Assembly: GCF_053078305.1 (NCBI RefSeq)
Contig: NZ_CP166879.1
DNA length: 64,000 bases
Reading direction: 5' to 3' (one strand)
Part shown: one piece after another, positions 1 through 8,913 of the stretch
How the letters are laid out: each line of letters begins with the position of its first letter
Numbering within the stretch: position 1 is the first letter of the stretch
Made by a program: the position numbers and the translations under genes
Notes under the pieces: model-generated
Told to the model about the DNA's origin: nothing
What the model saw: the letters and a program-made list of their open reading frames with translations, nothing else
Database searches by the model: none

Positions 1-65
1 GTCCATGCACGAACATGAGCGGGTGCACGGCCTTTTCGTCCCATGGGTTGTAATATCATCATGCA

Positions 66-581
66 TCACCCCCTGACTCGCTTTTCGGCAGCATAAAACT
101 CATCAGACAGAATTTCGGTCATTTTCCGTTTTGCGGAATCATCTTCGCACTGAAGGTAAATAACATTGTCAACGCAGAACCACTTAACGGGGCCAAACAG
201 TATTGCCGAGAAGTCAATGCCCAGCCAGAACAACAGCGCATCGGTTCTGGCATACGTGACGGGCGAATATTCACGCCACAGACTGTTCAGTTCATCAGAG
301 GCAACACGCAGGGTTTTAGGTATACGTGATGTGCGCGGCGTGCAGCTCCAGCCATTCGACGCAGTCGGTTTTCTCCATAAGTCGCGATGAAAAGGATATT
401 TGTCATCCATAAAGCGCAGCCCCTTAAAACAAAATCCACTGATACCGGATACAAATACCGGGCGGCACGCAACATTCAGCACAGCCTCAAGGCGTTTTGC
501 CTCATCTTTTACCGTCTGGCAGTCCTGCTGGTATTTTTGCCACGCAGCCAGCGCGGAAGGGTTTGAAGTTTTAAAGAACAT
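66..581 (-). CDS. hypothetical prophage early-region protein (171 aa)
   Basis: ORF in early operon downstream of gam; start overlaps upstream stop (TAATG); no family recognised. Confidence 0.5.
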   Translation of the reverse strand: MFFKTSNPSALAAWQKYQQDCQTVKDEAKRLEAVLNVACRPVFVSGISGFCFKGLRFMDDKYPFHRDLWRKPTASNGWSCTPRTSRIPKTLRVASDELNSLWREYSPVTYARTDALLFWLGIDFSAILFGPVKWFCVDNVIYLQCEDDSAKRKMTEILSDEFYAAEKRVRG

Positions 582-1114
582 TACGCCACCTCCGCAGAAA
601 TCGCGGCCGGTGCCGCTGTCCGGTCAACAATCAGGTAACGCAGAACGCGCGAGGTGATATTCCGGCCGCTTAAACCGCAGATAATGACGCCCAGGCGGAT
701 GTCGATATACGCCATCACAAACTGGGGCACGCCTTCTTTCATGGCCTGCTCATCAACTTCAGCCACCACATAAACGGTTTCACAGGTCAGAACGCCCTGA
801 GCAAATTCCCACGCCATCGACGGAATATCATGCCCCTCAATCCACGGCAGGGACTTTCTGAAGCTGCACCACTGAACATCATCAGCCGCACATTCCTGGC
901 TGCATTTGCGACGAACCGGCTGCACCGGGCGGGGACGCGGAATATCATAAAAACCGTTACATTCCGTCAGCACGCCTGCATCAACCGCATCACGCAGAAA
1001 ATAAACCATGGAGGATAGCGGCATATTCATTTTTTCTGCCAGAGAACGACTGGTCAGACGGCCAGAAAAACGCAGCCAGCTTTTAACCCCTTCAAGCACT
1101 TTTGCATCAATCAT
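581..1114 (-). CDS. hypothetical prophage early-region protein (177 aa)
   Basis: ORF co-directional with gam; no family recognised. Confidence 0.5.
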   Translation of the reverse strand: MIDAKVLEGVKSWLRFSGRLTSRSLAEKMNMPLSSMVYFLRDAVDAGVLTECNGFYDIPRPRPVQPVRRKCSQECAADDVQWCSFRKSLPWIEGHDIPSMAWEFAQGVLTCETVYVVAEVDEQAMKEGVPQFVMAYIDIRLGVIICGLSGRNITSRVLRYLIVDRTAAPAAISAEVA

Positions 1115-1259
1115 GATTTATTTCCCCACCACATTATTAATGACGATATAAACGTATTTCATATTTCTTAACCCTTATTTTCTGTTTTCAGGCGCAAGCA
1201 GTCCCCTGACGCAAGCGCCATAATTAAAACGATGTGATATTTAAAGATTTAATGCGGTG

Positions 1260-1790
1260 TTATTTATTCAGTCCGGCGTCCTGTTCAAAAGGCTCGACAT
1301 GAAAACTTTCAGCGCCTTTATTCACCTTAATACCAGCAATCCCTTTCACCGCATCCGGCTCCGCCAGGACAGCTTGCTTATTCACTTCCTCTTTCGTGCG
1401 GATGAAGCGCTCAAGCCCCATACGACGCAGCATTTCAATCACACCTTCCACATCACGACTGACGCTGCATGATGGATTTCCCAGCCGCCATGACACCGTT
1501 CCGGTGGTCAGATTGGCAGTTTTGGTTTCGCCGCCGTTCGTCAGCTCATTGCGGTTGGTTTTACACCAGTCATGAATCCCTTTAAAAAGCACTTTGATTT
1601 CTTTTTTAAGGTTTTCAATCTGCGGCGTATAACGGGCGGTGATTTCTGCCACTTCATCATTCATCGCCGTTTCCAGGCGCAGCGCCTCTCGCTGAATATC
1701 ACCCAGAGTGCGGATATCGCGGCTGACTTCTTCGCGGGTCTGTGGTGCGGCCTCGGCTGCGGCCTTTAATTTTGTAACACGTTTAACCAT
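1260..1790 (-). CDS. gam: Gam-like host-nuclease inhibitor / DNA-end binding protein
   Basis: Translation from internal Met (MVKRVTKLKAAAEA...) resembles phage Mu Gam along its length (LETAMND, ELTNGG, TANL, VSWR, FIRTK, PFEQ motifs). Confidence 0.8.
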   Translation of the reverse strand: MVKRVTKLKAAAEAAPQTREEVSRDIRTLGDIQREALRLETAMNDEVAEITARYTPQIENLKKEIKVLFKGIHDWCKTNRNELTNGGETKTANLTTGTVSWRLGNPSCSVSRDVEGVIEMLRRMGLERFIRTKEEVNKQAVLAEPDAVKGIAGIKVNKGAESFHVEPFEQDAGLNK

Positions 1791-1800
1791 TTTGTTTTCC

Positions 1801-2094
1801 TTATTGCAGTGCGCCTGATGCTTTATGCACACGGTGGCGTTTAATGATGGCATCCGCCCCAAAAGCCTGTACAGATGCCTGAAATTCCGCTGAGAGAAGC
1901 TGAATAATTGCAGGACTGTGATACTGGAGAATACTTGCATAAACGTCACAGAGTGACGTCGGGCTGTTCTCCGTATCACGTTCTGTTTTCACATCCACTC
2001 CAATCTTTTCATGCACTTCAACACAGTCATTGCCTGCCAGCTTTTCGTCATGCGAAACATGCTCAAATTCAAAAATAACGCGTACTTTGCTCAT
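1801..2094 (-). CDS. hypothetical small prophage protein, paralog 1
   Basis: Starts MSKVRVIFEFEHV; N-terminus paralogous to the adjacent upstream ORF; SD-like GGGG before the internal ATG. Confidence 0.5.
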   Translation of the reverse strand: MSKVRVIFEFEHVSHDEKLAGNDCVEVHEKIGVDVKTERDTENSPTSLCDVYASILQYHSPAIIQLLSAEFQASVQAFGADAIIKRHRVHKASGALQ

Positions 2095-2098
2095 GGAA

Positions 2099-2371
2099 TT
2101 ACCCCTGCTGATTAAATTCATTACCGTTAATAACCCCGGAAGCCATACCCCTGTCTTTCATGAATGCACTGGCTTTCATTGCCACAAGCTCTGCGAAGTT
2201 TCTGCTTTCTGCCAGCATAACCACCCCAAAAATCATGGCGGGTCCATTATCTTTCTTCTTTATTCCGGTTGAACGTATATCCAGACTTACCCCTCTGTGC
2301 GTGCTGCCATCAGAGTTTTTGCAGATAACATCTTCCTTGTATTCGAAAATAATGCGTACGACTTTACTCAT
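2099..2371 (-). CDS. hypothetical small prophage protein, paralog 2
   Basis: Starts MSKVVRIIFEYKEDV; AGAGGA SD-like sequence before the internal ATG; paralog of 1801-2094. Confidence 0.5.
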   Translation of the reverse strand: MSKVVRIIFEYKEDVICKNSDGSTHRGVSLDIRSTGIKKKDNGPAMIFGVVMLAESRNFAELVAMKASAFMKDRGMASGVINGNEFNQQG

Positions 2372-2445
2372 CCTCTGGCTCTCGTTTTGTTCGGATAACT
2401 GACCCGGCGTCTGACCTGATGACAGAGCCGAACCATGAAGCAACT

Positions 2446-2703
2446 TCATACTTCCCAGTAAACCGTGCATCCGCTTATGCGGGTGGCTTTCACACGGCGG
2501 CGCAGGCCGTTGGTCTTAACGGTGATTTCAATTTCCTCACCACTCCCCTGAACCTCGCCTACCGGCGGCGTGGTTTTCAGTGCAAAACGTTGCGGATAGC
2601 GCTTACTGCGTTCCAGTACCGCACCGGCAAGCTCGGTCAGGCGACGTGCGCTGTTCAGGGAGTCGAATAAATTCATTTTTTTACCGCTGGATTGCATATT
2701 CAT
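2446..2703 (-). CDS. hypothetical small prophage early protein (85 aa)
   Basis: ORF in early operon between the B-like and gam-like genes. Confidence 0.4.
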   Translation of the reverse strand: MNMQSSGKKMNLFDSLNSARRLTELAGAVLERSKRYPQRFALKTTPPVGEVQGSGEEIEITVKTNGLRRRVKATRISGCTVYWEV

Positions 2704-2715
2704 ATAACACCTCGT

Positions 2716-2943
2716 TTAACTGATTTGTTCAGCACCGATAAAACGGCAAATATTGCTGTAAGTTTCTGTCGCACCTTCGCGATCAAGTCCAACAGATATT
2801 GCCATTCGGGTGCGATCATTAAATTCAAAGAGTAAATCGCCACATTCTTCACTGTCAGACATGGAGACTGCTTTGACGTTATCGAAATTAACCAGGTAAA
2901 AGCGTCCGTAAATATCAGGAATATTAAATACCGCCATAATCAC
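2716..2943 (-). CDS. small early protein, possibly Kil-like (75 aa)
   Basis: Position immediately after the B-like gene and size match Mu kil; sequence identity not confirmed. Confidence 0.35.
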   Translation of the reverse strand: MIMAVFNIPDIYGRFYLVNFDNVKAVSMSDSEECGDLLFEFNDRTRMAISVGLDREGATETYSNICRFIGAEQIS

Positions 2944-3872
2944 ACCTGTGAAAGTAATTCAGGGTTGGTGTAAACCTCTTTAAAGGCCGCATTAATATGT
3001 TTTTCTGTCAGCGCCGCGCCTTCACCGCTGGCGGTGAGCCACGCCTGGTTAAGCGTATGTGTCAGAACGCGTAACGCCCCCGGCTTTTCAGCGATAGCCT
3101 GCATGACGGCCAGCTCGGCCTCACCACTGATCCCCCACGCCCTGGCAATGGCCAGCACATCCGCCTTTTTGGCCTTGCGAAGTTGTTTTGTACGGGCAAG
3201 ACGGCTGAACAGGCGCGATAAATCATCAAAGGCGCGGCGTCCACCTTTAAACAATCCGCGCGGGTTACCAATAAGTACCATCCCGATCCCCGTGGCGTCC
3301 TGAATTGCCCGGAGTTGTTCCAGACCGTCAATACCAAGATGATCTGCTTCGTCAACAATCACCAGTCCACGTGTTCCCGTCAGGCGACGGCGGATGGCGC
3401 GGGATAATGCCCCTTTGTTCGCGCGGGTGTAATCAATCCCCAGCGCATCGGCCAGCTCCAGCAAACACTCCGTGACGCTGGAGTGCGCGGGCGACAGGGT
3501 GATCATCCAGGTGTTCGGTTGCTCCTGACAGTAATTACGGGCCGTGGCCGTTTTACCCACACCCGGTACGCCCACAATGACGTTAATACAGCCCATCAGG
3601 CGAACCGCCTGAAACAGTGCGCGCAGCTCCTGGACTGTCTGCGTTTCAACAAACTGTGGCGGCTCGGGCAGTGCGCTTTGTTTATTCCAGTTCTCATACC
3701 AGGAACGCAGGGAAGCAGCCACAGCAGCGTTATCGCCTTTATATTTTCCCTTACGGAAAGCCGATAATGTGCCGTCGGAAATTCCCGCCTCTCTGGCGAT
3801 GGCATACTGCGTCAGTACGCCGCCATCAATAAGTTCATCAATGGTCTTGATTACATCGTTAATATCAGTCAT
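2940..3872 (-). CDS. MuB-like DNA transposition ATPase
   Basis: 310 aa, Walker A GVPGVGKT, N-terminal HTH-like segment, located after transposase as in Mu. Confidence 0.8.
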   Translation of the reverse strand: MTDINDVIKTIDELIDGGVLTQYAIAREAGISDGTLSAFRKGKYKGDNAAVAASLRSWYENWNKQSALPEPPQFVETQTVQELRALFQAVRLMGCINVIVGVPGVGKTATARNYCQEQPNTWMITLSPAHSSVTECLLELADALGIDYTRANKGALSRAIRRRLTGTRGLVIVDEADHLGIDGLEQLRAIQDATGIGMVLIGNPRGLFKGGRRAFDDLSRLFSRLARTKQLRKAKKADVLAIARAWGISGEAELAVMQAIAEKPGALRVLTHTLNQAWLTASGEGAALTEKHINAAFKEVYTNPELLSQV

Positions 3873-3943
3873 ATTATTAACCTCTCATTTGATACCTTGT
3901 TTAATCAAATAACCTGAGTCGCCGCTCGGGTTATTTTTTTATT

Positions 3944-6034
3944 TCAGGCCAGCGGGTCATTTTCTTTTAATTTCGCTTCCAGCAACTGCAATCCCCGCTG
4001 GAAATTACGCTCGTATTCTTCATCAGGTTCATCGTCAGCGACCGGTTGCTGAACGGTCACCGTATTACCCACAGGGCGGTATATGTTTTCCAGCCAGGGC
4101 TCCTGCGGCTTGTGCTCCAGCACGTTGACAACCTCATCCTCGGCATCACGGATTTTTTCCTCTGCGCGTTTACGCATGCCTTTAAGGCGTTGCTGCTGTT
4201 TGTAGTATTCCGCACTAACCGGGAAGGCTTCGCGTTTATTACCGTCCCATACCGCCTCGCAAATCACGCTGCCATCCAGGCGACGTACGGTAATTCGTTC
4301 GGCATCATGAATGTCATAGCTGATAAGCACCTTACGACCATGCTCGTCACGCAGCTCGGGCGCGTAGTAAATATTATTCAGCCAGCGTATTTCACAGCGT
4401 CTTACAGGGCGTTCCACCATCGGCCGGAACATATCCCGCAGCTCAACATCGGACAGCCATTCAATTTCCGTGTCCTCTTCCGCCAGGCGTTTTTTTCTGA
4501 ACTCCGCCGGGCTGTAATGCTTGCCGTTCGGCTTCACCGGTAATTCATCGTGCGGCCGGTTGTTGTACCACTCAACACCGTCACGAATGGCATCAATCAG
4601 TTCAGACCAGGACGGTAAATCACGCATCGCTGACTGCTGCCGGACGTTCAGCCGTTTGCCCTGTTGCAGGGCAGTAAATGCCGAGCGTAAATCGCGGTTG
4701 GTTTTGCGTAACGTCTCGCGATCTGCACCTTTCCCGAAATAGGTGCGGTATTTACGGGCTATGCGCATCGGTAATGTGCGGTTAAGCCGTTCGATAATGC
4801 CTCGTCCCTGCGGATTACCGGCAATCCCGGTCGGGTGATTAATCCCCAGTCGCGGCAGTATCCCCACAACCTCCTTATCCAGGATGTCGGCGGTTTCCCC
4901 GGAGCCGTTATCCGAGTAATACAGAAACGGTTTGCCGTGATGGCGAATGCCGTGCTGTATGGCACCGGCTACGGCGAAAACATTTTCAGCCAGGTCAAGG
5001 CTCCAGCCCACCACAAAGCGCGTGCCACCGTCGATAACAAAGGTCACTTCCGGTGCAAATGGCCGACCGTGAACCGGGTGTGCGCATTTCAGTTTCATGC
5101 CGTGACCGTCACCAATCCAGACATAATTCACCGGCATTTTTGACCAGTCGCGGCGCGTGAATCCCTCAAGCTGGCGGTATTCACTGCCGGTCACCCGGCC
5201 TTTTTGTTTCACCACTTCCGGCAGTTTCTTCATTGCGCGGCGAATGGTGTCATAAGACGGCATGATATCGAGCATATAAGGCTCATCAGCGTGCCGGTGC
5301 TGCCATTCAGCAACAAAATCCTCGTAAGCCTCGGTCATTGGTCGGCCGTTTGACTGGCGATACTGCGCCAGAAATTCGGGCAGCCAGTTAATATCTTCGG
5401 CTTTTATTTCCTGGCGCTTACCCGGTGCCAGTAAAAGCAGGCGTTCAGCGGCGTTCTGCGCCTTGTTAAAGGCCGCAATCCAGCGTTTCAGCGTGATTTC
5501 ACTTAACGCACGGCTGTTTCCCTTTTTGGCGTTCGCCGTCTCAACCATTGCCACAATGCGCTCGTCCAGCTGCGAACGTGCCAGGTTGTCAACGATAAAC
5601 CGGATAGCCTTCGCACAGCTGAAACCAGGTTGTTGCGCGACTTTCAGAACTTCGCTGACGATCGCGATTCGTGCATCAGCCACCTGGCGCTGGTTTTCAG
5701 TCAGGGCATTAAGGCGTTCGACCATCAGTTGTGGTGATCCGCGATATGCCTCCACCGCATCAACCACGGCAGGCGAGCGTCTGGCCTTTGTCACCACTGG
5801 AGCCGGTGATTCATCGACTTTTTGAGTCATCAGTTGCAGGGCGTAGCGTTCACGTAATGCCTGCTGCGTCACTTCAGGTAAACAGTCGATGCTGTATTCA
5901 GTTGCTTTAGAGCCTGAGCGACGACGGGAACAACAGCTTTTCCCTTGTACGTAACGTTGTAATGCCTGGCGAATACCTTTTGTTGTAGCAGGCATTCCGG
6001 GCGCGCCAATCAGTTCTTTTGCAATGACATACAT
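3944..6034 (-). CDS. MuA-like DDE transposase
   Basis: 696 aa ORF directly downstream of ner-like gene; size and position of Mu A. Confidence 0.8.
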   Translation of the reverse strand: MYVIAKELIGAPGMPATTKGIRQALQRYVQGKSCCSRRRSGSKATEYSIDCLPEVTQQALRERYALQLMTQKVDESPAPVVTKARRSPAVVDAVEAYRGSPQLMVERLNALTENQRQVADARIAIVSEVLKVAQQPGFSCAKAIRFIVDNLARSQLDERIVAMVETANAKKGNSRALSEITLKRWIAAFNKAQNAAERLLLLAPGKRQEIKAEDINWLPEFLAQYRQSNGRPMTEAYEDFVAEWQHRHADEPYMLDIMPSYDTIRRAMKKLPEVVKQKGRVTGSEYRQLEGFTRRDWSKMPVNYVWIGDGHGMKLKCAHPVHGRPFAPEVTFVIDGGTRFVVGWSLDLAENVFAVAGAIQHGIRHHGKPFLYYSDNGSGETADILDKEVVGILPRLGINHPTGIAGNPQGRGIIERLNRTLPMRIARKYRTYFGKGADRETLRKTNRDLRSAFTALQQGKRLNVRQQSAMRDLPSWSELIDAIRDGVEWYNNRPHDELPVKPNGKHYSPAEFRKKRLAEEDTEIEWLSDVELRDMFRPMVERPVRRCEIRWLNNIYYAPELRDEHGRKVLISYDIHDAERITVRRLDGSVICEAVWDGNKREAFPVSAEYYKQQQRLKGMRKRAEEKIRDAEDEVVNVLEHKPQEPWLENIYRPVGNTVTVQQPVADDEPDEEYERNFQRGLQLLEAKLKENDPLA

Positions 6035-6035
6035 A

Positions 6036-6284
6036 TCATGACGCCTTTCTCATATAGCTCTTAACCTGGTATCGACTGGGCCAGATTTCTTCAGGCGATA
6101 CCCCAAGAGCATCAGCAATTATTTGCTGATACGGTCGGCAAGGAGTACGTAATACGCTTTTCAGCGAATCCCTGCTGTAACCAGCCTTTAAAGATAAAGA
6201 GCGCAGTGATAAGCCAGCCATGTGTAAGCGCGCCTTGATGATTTCAGGCGGCCAATCGTGATCTGAAACTTCTCTTCTACTCAT
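6036..6284 (-). CDS. ner: Ner-like DNA-binding regulator
   Basis: 82 aa; C-terminal IIADALGVSPEEIWPSRYQ resembles Mu Ner. Confidence 0.75.
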   Translation of the reverse strand: MSRREVSDHDWPPEIIKARLHMAGLSLRSLSLKAGYSRDSLKSVLRTPCRPYQQIIADALGVSPEEIWPSRYQVKSYMRKAS

Positions 6285-6354
6285 ACTTCCTCTATTCTAA
6301 AAAGTTACCCGCGCGGATATTCGTGCGGATATCTGTACGGGTAAATAATGCATC

Positions 6355-6395
6355 ACTAAAAATACCAAATCAAGGTATTTTTGGTATTTTGGATA
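6355..6395. promoter_or_regulatory. operator/promoter region between divergent ner and c genes
   Basis: Inverted and direct repeats aaaatacc / ggtatttt (x2) in the divergent intergenic region. Confidence 0.4.
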
Positions 6396-6474
6396 ATTTT
6401 TGCTTTTATCCTTATTTTTCAATTGGATAAATAGAAAGAAACCTTTCCTTAGAAAAGCACCAAGAGGTATCTTT

Positions 6475-7005
6475 ATGTCGCAGGGAAAAGAACCTGTTAT
6501 TGAACGTATTGGAATGCTTACAAAGCGCTACCCTTCAAGAAGTGCAGCTGCCAGAGCGTGGGGAATCAATATCAACACATTAAACAGCTATTTCAAGGGA
6601 GGACAAACACAACCAGCCCCCAGAGAAAGTATCCTTATACGAATTTCTGAAAGTGAAGGAGTTAGTCTTGAGTGGCTTAAAGAGGGCAAGGGTGAATCAC
6701 CAAATGATGTTGGTATTTGTGGTAATTTTGGTTGTTCTGGTGATAAGGGAGATCAGCTTACACAGATGCTTTCATTCCTTACGAAAGACGAACGAGAACA
6801 GTTAACCAATCTCCTTGCTCGCAAAGGTGTAGAGACGGTTCTGACACTACTGGATAAAGAAAACCAGGATTTATTACAACTAGAAGGCAGGAAGCGCCTG
6901 GCTGCGTTGATGATTGTAGATATGCCAGACGATTGCGTCAGAGAGATTTTGGAAAAAACCGAGACAAGTAGGCAATCAAATCCGGTAGAATCTAAAGCGG
7001 GTTAG
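6475..7005 (+). CDS. prophage repressor (c-like)
   Basis: Divergent from ner, reads toward the prophage end; HTH-like N-terminus; AGAGG SD before the ATG at 6475. Confidence 0.65.
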   Translation: MSQGKEPVIERIGMLTKRYPSRSAAARAWGININTLNSYFKGGQTQPAPRESILIRISESEGVSLEWLKEGKGESPNDVGICGNFGCSGDKGDQLTQMLSFLTKDEREQLTNLLARKGVETVLTLLDKENQDLLQLEGRKRLAALMIVDMPDDCVREILEKTETSRQSNPVESKAG

Positions 7006-7272
7006 TTTGGCGAGGCTGGCCCGTATGTTAGTTGCCATATAGATTTAATGAAGTTTTAAACGCTTTAAAAAAGTTGAGATCGCAGTATCAAAAGTTTTGC
7101 CGATTTTAGAATAAACGATTAATTATTGCACAATCGGTATCAAATAGACTTTAAGCGCTCATCCAGACATCACCTGTTTTATTTCAGTATCTTACAGGTG
7201 ATTTCACCTCCTTTCACTAAAACCCTCGTTGGTATCAAATGATTCACCTGGTTACACCAGGCACAGAGTAAT

Positions 7273-7626
7273 GTGACCCAAATGATGCGCATGTTTAACT
7301 TTATGAAGAGTGTCGGCGCTACCCCCATCGTTAAAGCCATTGATGTTCCCGGTGAAAAACTGAACTCTCTGGAAGAACTGTTCCAAAAAACGATGGAAGA
7401 ATACGAGCAACGTTCTAGTACGTTGGCACAGTTAGCCGATGAAGCGAAAGAACTGAATGATGATTCAACCGTCAATTTCCTGCGCGATCTGGAAAAAGAA
7501 CAGCAGCATGATGGCCTGTTGCTGCAAACCATTCTTGATGAAGTGCGCAGTGCGAAACTTGCGGGTATGTGCCCAGTGCAGACCGACCAACATGTTCTGA
7601 ATGTCGTGTCGCATCAGCTGCATTGA
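7273..7626 (+). pseudogene. ftnB: ferritin-like protein FtnB, 5'-truncated by prophage insertion
   Basis: 117 aa ORF matches the C-terminal two thirds of FtnB; in-frame stop at 7240-7242 and no ferritin N-terminus upstream. Confidence 0.8.
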
Positions 7627-7669
7627 TCATACATCGGCGCTAATGCATTGCGCCGATGAAGTTTTTGAG

Positions 7670-7707
7670 AAACCGCTGCCTCATCTTTTTGAAGCAGCGG
7701 TTTTTTA
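7670..7707 (+). terminator. rho-independent terminator after ftnB
   Basis: Hairpin accgctgcctc...gaagcagcggt followed by T-run. Confidence 0.6.
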
Positions 7708-7956
7708 ATGGGATTCGCCTTGTGGGGTAAACTTGAGTTCAATCAGCGCGATGGCTTTTTGGATTGCCCGCATGGTGACCGGGTCTGCGGCGGCGGGATG
7801 GTTAGTAAAGTCGATATTCTTCAGCTGGCTGGACATTTTTTCGCGAACTTCAACGGGCGCGATTACATCGAGAACATCCAGAATTTGTTTGATAACCAAC
7901 TGGCAAGCAACCACATCAGAAACCAGTTCCTGATCGGCATTCAGCGGCTGGGACAT
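7705..7956 (-). CDS. yecJ: DUF2766 protein YecJ
   Basis: 83 aa ORF; synteny between ftnB and azuC. Confidence 0.85.
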
Positions 7957-8035
7957 CGTAATCTCCTGATAGCATTTTGAAAGCCGTTATAGTAGCGGCT
8001 TCACATCTTCAGCGATAGTCACATCCACCGTCACC

Positions 8036-8070
8036 AGGACACAAAAAAACCTGCCGGAGCAGGTTTTTTT
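8036..8070. terminator. bidirectional rho-independent terminator
   Basis: aaaaaaacctgccggagcaggttttttt hairpin flanked by A-run and T-run. Confidence 0.7.
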
Positions 8071-8071
8071 G

Positions 8072-8158
8072 TTATCGGAACATATTGCCTGGCGGTACGT
8101 CTTTGAACGTCTTGCAATAGTTATTGAACATACTTTTCAGGATTTTGCGCAGTTTCAT
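8072..8158 (-). CDS. azuC: small membrane protein AzuC (28 aa)
   Basis: Reverse-strand translation gives MKLRKILKSMFNNYCKTFKDVPPGNMFR. Confidence 0.85.
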   Translation of the reverse strand: MKLRKILKSMFNNYCKTFKDVPPGNMFR

Positions 8159-8419
8159 CGCGGCACTCCGACCATTTGTTATACAGGTGTTATTGTCTTT
8201 GCGCTTATAATATGACAACCATCACAAAAATCAATCTTTATGTGATGCAAATCACATAAATACCCCTTTAATGTTATAAAAATGATAATCAAAAAGCAGC
8301 CCCCCCTTTCTGACACCTACAGATGGCGAGAAATAGCGCCTGCCAGGCGTCTTTTCCGGCCATTGTCGCAGCGCTGTAACGCGTAAAATACTGCTTTCTT
8401 TTACTCTTCTGGCTGGACC

Positions 8420-8743
8420 ATGAGACTTCTGATTCTGACTCTTTCATTAATAACGCTGGTGGGGTGCACAGTTACTCGCCAGGCTCATGTGGGCGAAGTT
8501 GACGCGGCAACAGGTATTGTACGGTTGGTTTATGACCAGGCTTTTTTGCAGCATGCCCATACCGATCGTTATGTCAGTCGCGGGATCGCCGATCGCGCAT
8601 GCCAGCAGGAAGGCTATACCCACGCGATCCCCTTTGGTCAGCCAGTAGGCAACTGTAGCCTTTTTGCGGGTTCCTTATGTTTGAATACGGAATTCACTTT
8701 GTCATATCAGTGCCATCATTCCGCCTTCCCTGTCTTTCTCTAA
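8420..8743 (+). CDS. yecR: lipoprotein YecR
   Basis: 107 aa; lipobox LVGC signal. Confidence 0.85.
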   Translation: MRLLILTLSLITLVGCTVTRQAHVGEVDAATGIVRLVYDQAFLQHAHTDRYVSRGIADRACQQEGYTHAIPFGQPVGNCSLFAGSLCLNTEFTLSYQCHHSAFPVFL

Positions 8744-8913
8744 ATATTTTAATCAGCGAGGGGATCTTCGCTGATTAAAGAAATAGCGGTAATGCGTTTT
8801 ATTCCCATTCGTATTTTTAATAATTGAAGTTTATATTTTACCTTTTGCAAATAATAAAATAACAAATTATAGTGACGCCACAGCAACAAATATAACCTTT
8901 GTGGAGCACTATC

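Larger units (their letters stand above)
1..7255. mobile_element. Mu-like transposable prophage, partial: repressor-end arm, continues upstream of window
   Basis: Canonical Mu early-region order c / ner-A-B-small genes-gam with c divergent from ner; host ftnB reading frame resumes at ~7258; exact terminus not resolved. Confidence 0.8.

Noticed and set aside
4046-4543. 165 aa plus-strand ORF inside the transposase gene
   Set aside because: Antisense to the MuA-like coding region; no start context.
1-7255. Prophage considered to be bacteriophage Mu itself
   Set aside because: Repressor and early proteins are clearly diverged from what I recall of Mu; I treat it as a Mu-family relative.
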